Of a stretch of DNA of 64,000 nucleotides, positions 21,560 to 32,294 are shown piece after piece. Each line of letters starts with the position of its first letter. The stretch's first letter is position 1. The notes under the pieces are model-generated. The model worked only from the letters and a program-made list of their open reading frames with translations, was not told the origin of the DNA and ran no database searches. The stretch is from the NCBI GenBank assembly GCA_003280965.1, contig QCDI01000011.1:1-64000 (forward strand). The letters run 5' to 3'. Source of the stretch: Prochlorococcus sp. AG-355-B18. GTDB taxonomy: Bacteria; Cyanobacteriota; Cyanobacteriia; PCC-6307; Cyanobiaceae. A program made the translations under genes and the position numbers.

Positions 21560-22507
21560 GTGAATGATCCAAAACAACTATTAGGAATTAAGGGTGCCTC
21601 TGAAACATCAAGCATATGGAAACTCCGTATACAGTTAATGAAACCCATAACGTGGATCCCTTTAATATGGGGGGTTATTTGTGGAGCAGCTGCGAGTGGG
21701 AATTTTGAATGGACATTTAGTAATGTTCTAGCTTCATTAGCATGTATGTTGATGAGTGGACCACTTCTGGCTGGTTATACCCAAACCATTAATGATTTTT
21801 TTGATAAAGAAATTGATGCAATTAATGAACCAAATAGACCAATTCCTTCTGGCAAAATTTCAATAAAAGATGTGAAAATACAAATCTGGGTATTACTTAT
21901 AGCGGGTTTGATAGTTGCTTTTCTATTAGATTTATATGCTAAGCACAGCTTCCCCTCCGTCTTACTTTTGGCATTAGGAGGTTCCTTTATTAGTTATATA
22001 TATTCTGCTCCACCACTCAAATTAAAACAGAATGGTTGGCTTGGAAATTATGCATTAGGAGCATCTTATATAGCTTTACCTTGGTGGGCAGGACAAGCCT
22101 TGTTTGGGAAATTAACTATCGTGACGGCGATACTAACACTTGCTTATAGCCTCTCAGGACTTGGAATTGCTGTTATTAATGATTTCAAAAGTGTTGAAGG
22201 GGACTCAAAGCTAGGCTTAAATTCTCTACCAGTAGTATTTGGAATTAAAAATGCAAGCAGAATAAGTGCAGGACTGATTGACATTTTTCAATTAGCCATG
22301 GTTGTAGTATTAGTCATTATTGGTCAACATTTAGCCTCAGTAATTTTGGTTTTATTGGTAATACCACAAATTACATTTCAAGATATGTGGTTACTAAGAG
22401 ATCCTCTAAAGTTTGATGTCAAATATCAAGCAAGTGCCCAACCATTCCTTATAACTGGAATGTTAGTTACAGCTTTAGCGATAGGACATAGTTTTTTAGT
22501 TGCTTAA
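21560..22507 (+). CDS. chlG: Chlorophyll synthase
   Basis: LMKPITWIPLIWG, DAINEPNRPIPSG and NDFKSVEGD. Confidence 0.97.
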   Translation: MNDPKQLLGIKGASETSSIWKLRIQLMKPITWIPLIWGVICGAAASGNFEWTFSNVLASLACMLMSGPLLAGYTQTINDFFDKEIDAINEPNRPIPSGKISIKDVKIQIWVLLIAGLIVAFLLDLYAKHSFPSVLLLALGGSFISYIYSAPPLKLKQNGWLGNYALGASYIALPWWAGQALFGKLTIVTAILTLAYSLSGLGIAVINDFKSVEGDSKLGLNSLPVVFGIKNASRISAGLIDIFQLAMVVVLVIIGQHLASVILVLLVIPQITFQDMWLLRDPLKFDVKYQASAQPFLITGMLVTALAIGHSFLVA

Positions 22508-24278
22508 GGTGCAAAAGATTAAATTCAAATCTTTTGTTTTAATAATTCCAATATTAATTTTTTCTGGAATATCTTTTTATTTTTTTAGTCTAATATTTAG
22601 TACGTTAAAATTTGAAGAGTCTAAAAATAAAAAGTTTCGGGAAACCAAATATTCTTATGTAATATCATCTTCCGATAATAAGATACTAAGCAAATTAAGC
22701 CGCAAATTTGAAATAGATAATAGTTATCATAAAATTCCATTTTTTCTTAAACATTCTTTTATATCTTCTGAGGATAAAAGATTTTATAAACATAATGGAA
22801 TAGATGTAAAAAGTATTTCTCGCGCCATTATTCAAAATCTTAGAAGTGGTTATGTTAAAGAGGGAGGAAGTACGATTACACAACAAGTTGCTAGATTACT
22901 TTTTCTAAATAATGATTTAAGTTTTCAAAGAAAAATCAAAGAAATTTTTATATCACTCATGCTTGAATTTAGATATAACAAAAATCAAATTTTAAAATTA
23001 TATTTAAATAATATTTATCTAGGATCAGGAGCATATGGGGTAAACGAGGCTGCACAAGTTTATTTTGGAAAATTTATAGAAGAATTGACATTATCAGAGA
23101 TCGCATTAATTGCAGGATTAGCTCCAGCTCCATCAATTTATTCACCTTATCAAAATTTAGAACTAGCTATTAAAAATAGAAATAAAGTTCTTGAATCAAT
23201 GTATGTTGATGGATATATTTCTCTTACAAATAAGAATAAGGCTATTAAAGAAAAAATAAAGTTAAATTATCAAACAACTGATAATTTTTTAGATGATAAA
23301 TTACTAATAAACTTTATTCTTCAGGAAACAGATAAAAAAATTGGAAGTAAAAATGATTATAAGTTTTTAAGAATTAAATCTTCTATAAACAAAGATTGGC
23401 AAGAAAAAGGTCAAAAAATATCAAGATACGCAGGGCCTAAAGAACTTGAATTTGGCCTATTATCTATCGAATCAAACACAGGACTAATCAGGACAATGAT
23501 AACCAGTAAAAATCCATCAATTAATGAATACAATAGAGTGATTTCATCTGTAAGACCTTTAGGTTCTACTTTTAAAATAATCCCTTATGCTGCTGCATTA
23601 ATAGAAGGAATAAAATTAAGCGATAAATTTGAAGACTTACCAATATGCTGGGAAAGTTATTGCCCAAAAAATTTTTCAGAAGACTATAGAGGTTCAATAT
23701 CTTTGATTGAATCATTTAAAAGTTCATCAAATATCGTTCCTATATCAATAACAAAAAAAATCGGCTTAAAAAATATTATTAATTTGGCGAATTCATTTGG
23801 ATTAGGTTACAAGCAAGAGTTTGAGGAATTCCCATCATTAGCTATTGGCGCCTACGGAGATAATCTTTTAAACATCACAAATGCATATTCTGCAATAAAC
23901 AATAATGGGAAGATTCAAAGTCCTGAAATCATAGAAAAAATAGAATCATTAAATAAAAAACCTATTTGGGAAAACAAATATATTTCCAAGAAAATATTAG
24001 ATTTAAAAATAAACAAGAAAATAAATAAACTTCTTGAAAAATCTGTTAAAGAAGGCACTTCAAAAGCAGCCTCTATAAAAGGAAAGAAAATTTATGGGAA
24101 AACAGGAACATCTGATGGAAATAAAGATCTCTGGTTTATTGGTTCCATTGATAAACTTACAACAGGGATCTGGATAGGTTACGACGATAACAAGGAATCT
24201 GAATTATCTAGTGGGAATGCAGCTTATTTATGGAAGAAGTTCATATCTGAAATTTATAAAATTCCAATTAAAAAATAA
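22500..24278 (+). CDS. Class A penicillin-binding protein
   Basis: Transglycosylase EDKRF and GGSTITQQ; transpeptidase STFK, SSN and KTGT. Confidence 0.93.
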   Translation: MLKVQKIKFKSFVLIIPILIFSGISFYFFSLIFSTLKFEESKNKKFRETKYSYVISSSDNKILSKLSRKFEIDNSYHKIPFFLKHSFISSEDKRFYKHNGIDVKSISRAIIQNLRSGYVKEGGSTITQQVARLLFLNNDLSFQRKIKEIFISLMLEFRYNKNQILKLYLNNIYLGSGAYGVNEAAQVYFGKFIEELTLSEIALIAGLAPAPSIYSPYQNLELAIKNRNKVLESMYVDGYISLTNKNKAIKEKIKLNYQTTDNFLDDKLLINFILQETDKKIGSKNDYKFLRIKSSINKDWQEKGQKISRYAGPKELEFGLLSIESNTGLIRTMITSKNPSINEYNRVISSVRPLGSTFKIIPYAAALIEGIKLSDKFEDLPICWESYCPKNFSEDYRGSISLIESFKSSSNIVPISITKKIGLKNIINLANSFGLGYKQEFEEFPSLAIGAYGDNLLNITNAYSAINNNGKIQSPEIIEKIESLNKKPIWENKYISKKILDLKINKKINKLLEKSVKEGTSKAASIKGKKIYGKTGTSDGNKDLWFIGSIDKLTTGIWIGYDDNKESELSSGNAAYLWKKFISEIYKIPIKK

Positions 24279-24287
24279 ATTATATTT

Positions 24288-25604
24288 TTAAGATTTATAA
24301 GAAATTATTGCAGAATAAAATCCATCACCAGGATAATCCAAGCTAGGTAAAATTTGCTTTTGGCTAACCAATTTTAAAGTTTTGTTTTTTTCAATAAATC
24401 GTTCAATTAATAGATTATTTTCATCGGGACAAATAGTACAAGTTGAATAAACTAAAGTACCATCTTTTTTCAAAAGAGGGAAAATACTCTCCAAAAGTTT
24501 TTCCTGTAATAAAGTTAAAGATTTTATTTTTTCTTTACTTAAAGACCATCTAGAATCTGGATTCCTGGAGAGAGTTCCAATGCCTGAACATGGAGCATCT
24601 AATAAAATCTTATCAAAATAAGATATAAACTTAGGATTTAATTCAATCAAACTCGTAGCGTCAGCCTTAAGGATATTAACAGATTTCAAATTTAACCTTT
24701 CTAAATTTGATTGCAGTATTTTTAATCTTTTTGCTGATCTATCTACGGCAATGATTTCAGCACTATCATTTGTTAATTCTGCAAGGTGGGTAGACTTACT
24801 TCCTGGCGCTGCACAAGCATCTAAAATCTTTTCACCTTCTTTTGGATTTAAGAGAGGTGCAATCCACTGAGAAGATCTATCTTGAATTGTCCAAAGTCCA
24901 TCACTATATCCTGGTAAATTTTTTATAGATCTTGGGTTAGATTTTAAAGTAATTCCATTATGTAAATCTTTAATAATTTCAGCATCAATTTTATTTTCAT
25001 GAAGTACTTTCAAAAAGTTATTTAAATTAGTTTTTAATTGGTTAATTCTCAAATCAATTGATGGTTTTTTATTAAATGCCTTAATGATATTTTCACCCTC
25101 GCTATTGCCGACCCACTTATAAAGATCATTCACAAGCCATAATGGAAATGATTCAAGATATGAAATTCTTTCTTTTCTATCAGAAGATAATTCCGGAAAG
25201 ATTTTTTGTTCTAATTTTCTTGATGCATTTCTCAATATCGCATTTACAGTTCCCGCTAAACCATTTAAATCTGTTTTTTTAGCTACTTCTACAGTGGTAG
25301 AAATAGCAGCAGGAAACGGGATTTTGTCCATTTTCAATAGTTGATACAAACCTATATGTAGAAGCCATCTTAACTTTGGAGGCTGCATTTTATGAGTAAT
25401 TTTTGATGTATGATCAGTCCATAGATCAAGAAATTTTCTATACCTTATGCATCCAAAAGATAATTCCGTAATAAAAGCTATATCAAGAGGATTAAATTGA
25501 TAATTTTTTAAAACCTTTTCAAGAGCATGATCAGAAAAATTACCAGAACTAACTTTTAATAAAATTTCCCAAGCTGCCTTTCTTTGTAAATATCCTATGC
25601 TCAA
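24288..25604 (-). CDS. rsmB: 16S rRNA m5C967 methyltransferase (Sun)
   Basis: NusB-like N-terminus; DACAAPGSK, DAPCSG and YSTCT. Confidence 0.94.
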   Translation of the reverse strand: MSIGYLQRKAAWEILLKVSSGNFSDHALEKVLKNYQFNPLDIAFITELSFGCIRYRKFLDLWTDHTSKITHKMQPPKLRWLLHIGLYQLLKMDKIPFPAAISTTVEVAKKTDLNGLAGTVNAILRNASRKLEQKIFPELSSDRKERISYLESFPLWLVNDLYKWVGNSEGENIIKAFNKKPSIDLRINQLKTNLNNFLKVLHENKIDAEIIKDLHNGITLKSNPRSIKNLPGYSDGLWTIQDRSSQWIAPLLNPKEGEKILDACAAPGSKSTHLAELTNDSAEIIAVDRSAKRLKILQSNLERLNLKSVNILKADATSLIELNPKFISYFDKILLDAPCSGIGTLSRNPDSRWSLSKEKIKSLTLLQEKLLESIFPLLKKDGTLVYSTCTICPDENNLLIERFIEKNKTLKLVSQKQILPSLDYPGDGFYSAIISYKS

Positions 25605-26102
25605 AATATAATTAATTTTTTAAAGATAACTTTAATATACAAAAAATTCAAACATTTAAACTACTTTTTTAATTGCAGAATTAAACCAAATAAAACCTAA
25701 GATAGAAATAAGTGAAAGATTAAATCCTAAAAAAAGAAAGACATTTAAAGAATGGATTCTTTCCCGAAAAATATTTTTTTCTCTTTTTGATACTTCATTA
25801 TTAAAATAAAAACTTGTTCAGGATTTCAAACGGCAACCAATATTAATAGATCCTGCATCAAGCATTCTGCCTAATTTAATTGCTATGGATTCCTCCAATC
25901 TAGTGAAATTAGATTGATGGGTAGTTATCCAATCTAATTAAGAAAAAGTAATAATTCCTGTAAAATTACTTTTTAAAAAAAGTATTCCAATTTCCATTAG
26001 ATAAATCTAATTTTTTCTAACTTAACATCCGTACTTAATATTTCTTCATAACATAATATTCTTTTAATTTTTTAAAGACAACTGTAGGTTATTACTCTTA
26101 AT

Positions 26103-27593
26103 TTATTGAATATCTCTTAAAAATTTATCGGCCGTTTTTAAGTGATTATTTAATTTTTCCTCTGACATTTTATCGAGATTTCTCGTTAACATTGCCAGAC
26201 GATATTGCTTTCTAAAAAAGCTTTCATTATCTTTAATAAATTTCCAGAATAAGCCATCCCATATTTCACACCATGGGCCACTTTTAAAATTAGACATTTT
26301 TTTTACATAATTAGAGCTTGATATATATGGCTTTGTTGAAAAGATACCACCATCACTAAACTGGCTCATTCCGTAAACATTTGGGACCATAACCCAATCA
26401 TAGGAATCAATAAACATTTCCATAAACCATTTATAAACTTGGTTGGGGTGAATTCTACATAAAAGCATAAAGTTGCCAACAATCATTAGCCGCTCAATAT
26501 GATGACAATAACCAAATTTAATAATATTTTTTATAACAACGTCTACTGGTTCAATTCCTGTATTTCCTTGATAAAAAGATTTTGGAATTGGCTTATCTTC
26601 AAAATTCCAAAAATTACTATTTCGCATCTTTGTTCCGTACTTTTTATAGACGAGGCAAATAAATTCTCTCCATCCAATAATTTGACGAACAAAACCCTCT
26701 AAAGAGTTAATAGGAACATTATTATTTTTTGCAAAAATTAATGCTTTATTTACTACTACATCTGGGGTTAATAAGCCGCTATTTAAAAGAGGAGAAAGTA
26801 AACTGTGCCATAAAAAAGAATTTTCTTTAGAAATAGCATCCTCATAATCTCCAAATAAGAAAAATCTACGTTTGAAAAAATCATTTAACCATTCATCTGC
26901 CTCTTCAAAATTAGTTGGATATAAAAAGTTATTACTTTCTCCAATAAACTCAATATCAAAATTGGCAAATGACCTTTCTGCATTAACTACAAATTTATTT
27001 TTTTGTAATTTAGGTGTATCAGGAATATTTATTTTTTTTGGTAATTTTTTTCTGTTCATTTCATCGAAACTCCATTTGCCACCTTCAGGTGTATCATCAG
27101 GATTAACTAATATCTTTTGACTCTTTCTTTGATTCTCATAAAATCTTCCCATAAGTGGTTTTTTTGTATTTGATGCAAATAAATCTTTTAAATCTTCACT
27201 GCTCATAAACATAGGAGAAGGCAAAATATTTAAAGCTAAATTATTACTTTCAACAAAATTATTTACCCTCTTCATTATTAAAAAATCATGAGGGTCAATG
27301 AGATTTATTTTCTGATATTTATTTTTAATAAATTCCGATAAGTAATCAACTGTAGAAACATTATTCTTGTTTTCGATATATAAAACTTTAAAGCCAGATC
27401 TTTCTAAATAATTTTTATAAGCGAGCATAGATGCTCTATGAAAAACTAACTTATTTTTATGGTTAATTAATTTATGAAAATTATCATTTCCAAAAAATAA
27501 TGAGTCTTCCAAAATCAAAATTTCACAATTTATTTTTAATATTGGGCTTTCTCTAAAGAGTTGATTCGGGAAAATAATTGATACTTGTTTCAT
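26103..27593 (-). CDS. Cryptochrome/photolyase family protein, prokaryotic (6-4) photolyase type
   Basis: [37 protein letters not shown] and TKPY motifs. Confidence 0.9.
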   Translation of the reverse strand: MKQVSIIFPNQLFRESPILKINCEILILEDSLFFGNDNFHKLINHKNKLVFHRASMLAYKNYLERSGFKVLYIENKNNVSTVDYLSEFIKNKYQKINLIDPHDFLIMKRVNNFVESNNLALNILPSPMFMSSEDLKDLFASNTKKPLMGRFYENQRKSQKILVNPDDTPEGGKWSFDEMNRKKLPKKINIPDTPKLQKNKFVVNAERSFANFDIEFIGESNNFLYPTNFEEADEWLNDFFKRRFFLFGDYEDAISKENSFLWHSLLSPLLNSGLLTPDVVVNKALIFAKNNNVPINSLEGFVRQIIGWREFICLVYKKYGTKMRNSNFWNFEDKPIPKSFYQGNTGIEPVDVVIKNIIKFGYCHHIERLMIVGNFMLLCRIHPNQVYKWFMEMFIDSYDWVMVPNVYGMSQFSDGGIFSTKPYISSSNYVKKMSNFKSGPWCEIWDGLFWKFIKDNESFFRKQYRLAMLTRNLDKMSEEKLNNHLKTADKFLRDIQ

Positions 27594-27721
27594 CTTTGCG
27601 ACTTCCTGTTACTGCATCTTTTTGAACAGTAGATAACTTCATCCCAACAGTTTCTCCATTTTTTTCGCCACTCAAAAGGCCTATTGCAAACAGGACAGGT
27701 TTTAGTAGAAATATTTTTCAA
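27590..27721 (-). CDS. DUF2256-family small Cys protein (43 aa), not in the ORF track
   Basis: TTG start; [43 protein letters not shown]; stop overlaps the photolyase ATG (ATGA). Confidence 0.88.
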   Translation of the reverse strand: MKNISTKTCPVCNRPFEWRKKWRNCWDEVIYCSKRCSNRKSQR

Positions 27722-27724
27722 AAT

Positions 27725-27961
27725 TTATAATTTTCTTTTATGAGTAGATTTAAATCTAGTTGAATCTTTAAGCGCCATATGTTTTGTATTTCTTCCCGAA
27801 ACTCTCTTTCTCCAGACTTTGAAAGATTTGGGTTTAAGATTTTGACGCATAATTTTTATCGCATCTTTCTCTTTTAAACCAAATTGATACCCGATAGCTT
27901 CAAAGGGTGTTCTATCTTCCCAACACATTTCTATTATTCTATCTACATCAATACTTTCCAT
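27725..27961 (-). CDS. TIGR03643 (DUF2805) family protein
   Basis: RIIEMCWEDRTPFEAI...SFKVWRKRV.GR.TKH. Confidence 0.88.
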   Translation of the reverse strand: MESIDVDRIIEMCWEDRTPFEAIGYQFGLKEKDAIKIMRQNLKPKSFKVWRKRVSGRNTKHMALKDSTRFKSTHKRKL

Positions 27962-27963
27962 AT

Positions 27964-28368
27964 TTATTGTTCACATTGTGAGGTACAAAGTTTTTCAATA
28001 TCGGTTCTACCTGTAATTTGAAGTCTATATTTTGCCCAATATCTGTAAAGTAGTCTCAATAATGGAGATAAGAGCTTGATCTTCAAGGGATAATAAACCC
28101 AACCTAAACCAATTAATTCATAAGAATATGCAAGTACATCTAGTCCCCTAATAATTTCACCATTTTCCATAATCCCATGCAGGTTTGACATAGCTTCAGA
28201 ATATGAGATGTCATTAAAAAGACTTTGATCATAATCCTTACTATTAATATCTATAAATGAAATTTGATTTAAGTTATCTCTTTTTTTTAGAAAATTTGTT
28301 TCTCTCAAACAAAGAGGACAACCACCATCGAATAAAAAAGTTAATTTATTTTTCATATTTTTATTCAA
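27964..28368 (-). CDS. DUF393 / DCC thiol-disulfide oxidoreductase
   Basis: FDGGCPLC motif. Confidence 0.88.
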   Translation of the reverse strand: MNKNMKNKLTFLFDGGCPLCLRETNFLKKRDNLNQISFIDINSKDYDQSLFNDISYSEAMSNLHGIMENGEIIRGLDVLAYSYELIGLGWVYYPLKIKLLSPLLRLLYRYWAKYRLQITGRTDIEKLCTSQCEQ

Positions 28369-28487
28369 ATATAGAAATTAAAAAACTTTTTTGTGGAATA
28401 AAAATTTTTTTTTAGAGTACAAGCTTTATAAAGCCTTAATAATTGCCAGTTCTAATTTGGTGAAATTATATTATCTTATAAATTAAT

Positions 28488-28519
28488 AAGCCATTGATTA
28501 AGGGATACATCAATGGTTT
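28488..28519 (-). terminator. Hairpin, probable terminator of the 28534-28737 gene
   Basis: AAGCCATTGAT-N10-ATCAATGGTTT, ending 14 bp past the stop codon. Confidence 0.55.
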
Positions 28520-28533
28520 TAAAATATTTATTA

Positions 28534-28737
28534 TCAGTCATCTAGAAGATGAACTCCTTCTCCTACGTCAGGAGTAAATTTACAATATTTTTCAAAAATA
28601 AGTCCAACACTTCTCATTTTTTCTCCTAATTCATCGATAAATTTATTCCATTCTTCCGATTCACGCTCAGGTAGATCCCACCCTTGTTTTTCTACCATAC
28701 TTGTTATTACTGTATAGTCCCATTCAATGTATGCCAT
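28534..28737 (-). CDS. Hypothetical protein (67 aa)
   Basis: ATG-started ORF in intergenic space with protein-like composition, followed by a hairpin. Confidence 0.6.
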   Translation of the reverse strand: MAYIEWDYTVITSMVEKQGWDLPERESEEWNKFIDELGEKMRSVGLIFEKYCKFTPDVGEGVHLLDD

Positions 28738-28832
28738 TAAGTTAATTCAAACTACCACATATTATAAACCAAGAGATTTAATAGGTAATCCATATTTTTT
28801 GAATATAATTTAAAAGTGTGAAAAAATTATAA

Positions 28833-29504
28833 ATGTCAATTTTGCCAAGAAGATTTGAACGAATCAAAAGTGTTTTAGATTGCAGAATGAAAAACTTGAC
28901 TGTTTTAGTTGAGGATGTCAATAAACCACATAATTTATCTGCGATATTAAGGACATGTGATGCAGCAGGAGTTTTCGAAGCAAATTTTATTAGCAAAACG
29001 AATGCAGTTAAGACTTTTAATAGTACTGCTCAAGGAAGTCAAAAATGGGTAAAACTGAATAATCATGAAAACACTATCAAGGCGATATCTGATTTAAAGA
29101 ATAAGGGTTTTAAATTATATGGAACGACTCTTAATAGTGAATCAGTAGATTATAGGAATTTTGATTATTCTCAAAATACATGTTTTGTTTTAGGAGCAGA
29201 AAAATGGGGACTAAGTAATGAACTTATATCAATGGTTGATCAATCAATTTTTATACCTATGAGAGGTATGGTTCAATCTCTGAATGTTTCAGTTGCTGCT
29301 TCCATATTATTATTTGAAGCTATTCGCCAAAGAAAAAATAAAGGTATATTGCCCTCTAATGGAGAAGGGTTAAATATAGATGAATATCAAAAAACACTTT
29401 TTGAATGGTGTTACCCAGAATTAGCTTCGGTGTATAAAAAATCAAGCAAAGAATATCCAAAGTTGAATGATCAAGGTGAATTTGATCCTATTAAAGAAAA
29501 CTAA
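28833..29504 (+). CDS. trmH: tRNA (guanosine-18 2'-O)-methyltransferase
   Basis: KPHNLSAILRTCDA, GAEKWG and MVQSLNVSVA SPOUT motifs. Confidence 0.93.
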   Translation: MSILPRRFERIKSVLDCRMKNLTVLVEDVNKPHNLSAILRTCDAAGVFEANFISKTNAVKTFNSTAQGSQKWVKLNNHENTIKAISDLKNKGFKLYGTTLNSESVDYRNFDYSQNTCFVLGAEKWGLSNELISMVDQSIFIPMRGMVQSLNVSVAASILLFEAIRQRKNKGILPSNGEGLNIDEYQKTLFEWCYPELASVYKKSSKEYPKLNDQGEFDPIKEN

Positions 29505-29509
29505 ATTTA

Positions 29510-30352
29510 TTAAGACTTTTGACTATCAAAAATTTCTTCTAGATCCTCTCCTATAAAAGAAAGACCTAAAACTAAAAAAAACATTGCCAAACCTGGAAAC
29601 AAAGCTGTCCACCATATACCTGTAGGCAAAGCGGCAAGAGCAAGATTTAAATCACTTCCCCACTCTGGGACATCTGCAGGAACACCAAGACCTAAAAATC
29701 CTAAACTTCCTAATACCAAGACAGCATCAGCTGCATTCAAGGTAAGCAGAATAGGCAAAGGTGTTATTACATTTGGGAGAATATATTTAAAAATAATTTT
29801 CTTAACATCAGCACCTGAAACTTGAGCTGCCTCTACATAAGTTTCAGTTTTGACCAAAATTGTCTGATTTCTAATTAATCTGAAATATTGAGGAGAGTAA
29901 ACAATACACAATGCTAAAGCAGCGTTGAGGATGCCCTTACCTAATACAAAAGCTACAACTACTGAAAGCAAAATTACAGGTATTGAAAAAATAGTATCCA
30001 TTATTAGTGACAAGCATTTATCAAAAAAACCTCCAAAATAACCACTTAATAATCCCAATGGCAAACCCAAAGTTAATGAAAAAAGAATAGCCAAGAAAAC
30101 AACCTCTATAGCTAAGGAAGATCCTTGCAAAGTTCTTAAGCAAACATCTCTGCCTAATCTATCTGTGCCACAGAAATGCTTGATCGAAGGAGGGGAAAAG
30201 ATATCATTGCTTAACATTGAAAATGAATAACCAAAATAATTATTAATCTCTAGAAATTTCATAATTACAGCAACAAGAAGATAAAAAAGTACAATTAAAA
30301 ATCCAGCTTTTCTGATATTTTCGCCGACACGATTAGATGAATTAATATCCAA
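29510..30352 (-). CDS. Peptide/nickel ABC permease (DppC-like)
   Basis: GTDRLGRD, EAA loop (YVEAAQVSGA) and PEWG. Confidence 0.88.
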   Translation of the reverse strand: MDINSSNRVGENIRKAGFLIVLFYLLVAVIMKFLEINNYFGYSFSMLSNDIFSPPSIKHFCGTDRLGRDVCLRTLQGSSLAIEVVFLAILFSLTLGLPLGLLSGYFGGFFDKCLSLIMDTIFSIPVILLSVVVAFVLGKGILNAALALCIVYSPQYFRLIRNQTILVKTETYVEAAQVSGADVKKIIFKYILPNVITPLPILLTLNAADAVLVLGSLGFLGLGVPADVPEWGSDLNLALAALPTGIWWTALFPGLAMFFLVLGLSFIGEDLEEIFDSQKS

Positions 30353-30430
30353 AATCTTTTTTTACAGATATGACTGAAATATACCCGATTCTTTGAAAAA
30401 GAATAGCTATTGATTTTAAATTTGTAAATA

Positions 30431-32239
30431 TTACTGATTTAATTTCAGGACTGCCATAAAAGCTTCTTGGGGAACTTCAACTTTACCCATTGCTTTCATC
30501 CTCTTTTTACCTTTGGCTTGTTTCTTTAAAAGTTTCTTTTTCCTAGAAATATCTCCTCCATAACATTTAGATAAGACATCTTTTCGCAAAGCACTTATAC
30601 TTTCGCTTGCAATAATTCTGCTACCAATTGATGCTTGAATAGGTATTTTAAATTGTTGTTTTGGAATAAGCTCTTTTAATTTTTCAACTAAACTTCTGCC
30701 AATTCCATAAGCCTTATCTTTATGAACAATAGAGGTTAATGGATCTGCTCTTTCTGAATTTATTAGTACATCTAATCTAACAAGGTCATTCTTCCTATAG
30801 CCAATTAAGTGATATTCCATTGATGCATAACCTTGAGTCCTACTTTTCATTTGATCAAAGAAATCTGTAACTACTTCTGCTAAAGGAATTTCATAAATTA
30901 AAGTAACTCGATCTGTTGTTATATATTTCATATCTATAAATACTCCCCTTCTTTCCTGACATAAACCCATTAATGTTCCATTAAATTCATTGGGAGCATA
31001 AATTTCCATTTTCACATAAGGCTCTTCTATTGATTCTCTAAGTTGTGGATCAGGAATTGTTGAAGGATTATCAATAAAGATATGTTCCTGCTGATTTAAA
31101 TTAACCTTATAGATAACTGATGGTGCCGTTACAATTAAATCCAAGTCATATTCTCTTTCTAATCTTTCTTGAACAATCTCCATATGAAGAAGTCCTAAGA
31201 ATCCGCACCTAAATCCGAAGCCCATTGCGCTACTGGTTTCGGGCTCGTATTTTAAAGCTGCATCAGATAATTGTAATTTTTCAAGAGATACTCTTAAATC
31301 TGGGAATTGATCAGCATCAGTTGGGAATAAGCCACAAAAAACCATAGGATTTGCTGTCTTATAACCAGGCAAAGGATCATCTGCAGGGGAATTTAAAAGA
31401 GTAATCGTATCTCCCACTCTCGCATCAGCAACTGATTTTATAGAGGCAGCTAAATAACCAACTTCTCCTGCATGTAATTCATCAACTTGTTGCTGATCAG
31501 GAGCCATTATTCCTATCTCATCCAGTTCATAATTTTTTTTACTCGCCATTAATAATATCTTTTCTCTCTTATTAAGAGACCCAGATATGACTCTGAAGTA
31601 AACAATAACTCCTCTGTAAGGATCATAATAAGAATCAAAAATGAGTGCCTTTGTAGGTAGTTTAATTTCATCTTGAGGAGGGGGAACTCTTCTTACGATT
31701 GCTTCCAAAATATCTTTAATACCAACTCCAGTTTTTGCTGAACAATTTATTGCATTAGATGTATCAAGTCCAATAATTTCCTCTATTTCTTGTTTTATTT
31801 TTTCAGCATCAGCACCTGGTAAATCAACTTTATTTAAAACAGGAATTATTTCAAGATTATTTTCTAAGGCAAGATAAACATTAGCTAAGGTTTGGGCTTC
31901 TACTCCTTGACTTGCATCAACAACGAGTAAAGCACCTTCACAAGCTTGAAGAGATCTACTTACCTCATAAGAGAAATCAACATGTCCTGGTGTATCAATT
32001 AAATTCAAAACATATTCTTGAGAATCGTCAGCTTTATATTTCATCCTAGCGGCCTGTAGCTTGATCGTAATTCCTCTTTCTCTTTCAAGATCCATACTGT
32101 CCAAAAATTGTTCTTGCATATCCCTTTGCTGCACAGTTCCAGTATCTTGTAGCAACCTATCGGCAAGGGTAGATTTACCATGGTCAATATGAGCGATTAT
32201 GCAGAAATTTCTAATTTTTGAAACCGATATATCAGTCAT
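30431..32239 (-). CDS. lepA: Elongation factor 4
   Basis: [14 protein letters not shown] and [10 protein letters not shown]. Confidence 0.98.
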   Translation of the reverse strand: MTDISVSKIRNFCIIAHIDHGKSTLADRLLQDTGTVQQRDMQEQFLDSMDLERERGITIKLQAARMKYKADDSQEYVLNLIDTPGHVDFSYEVSRSLQACEGALLVVDASQGVEAQTLANVYLALENNLEIIPVLNKVDLPGADAEKIKQEIEEIIGLDTSNAINCSAKTGVGIKDILEAIVRRVPPPQDEIKLPTKALIFDSYYDPYRGVIVYFRVISGSLNKREKILLMASKKNYELDEIGIMAPDQQQVDELHAGEVGYLAASIKSVADARVGDTITLLNSPADDPLPGYKTANPMVFCGLFPTDADQFPDLRVSLEKLQLSDAALKYEPETSSAMGFGFRCGFLGLLHMEIVQERLEREYDLDLIVTAPSVIYKVNLNQQEHIFIDNPSTIPDPQLRESIEEPYVKMEIYAPNEFNGTLMGLCQERRGVFIDMKYITTDRVTLIYEIPLAEVVTDFFDQMKSRTQGYASMEYHLIGYRKNDLVRLDVLINSERADPLTSIVHKDKAYGIGRSLVEKLKELIPKQQFKIPIQASIGSRIIASESISALRKDVLSKCYGGDISRKKKLLKKQAKGKKRMKAMGKVEVPQEAFMAVLKLNQ

Positions 32240-32294
32240 ATAGAAATAAAAATTCTCCTCTTATTACATCTTGATTAATATTAGCTAATTAGAA

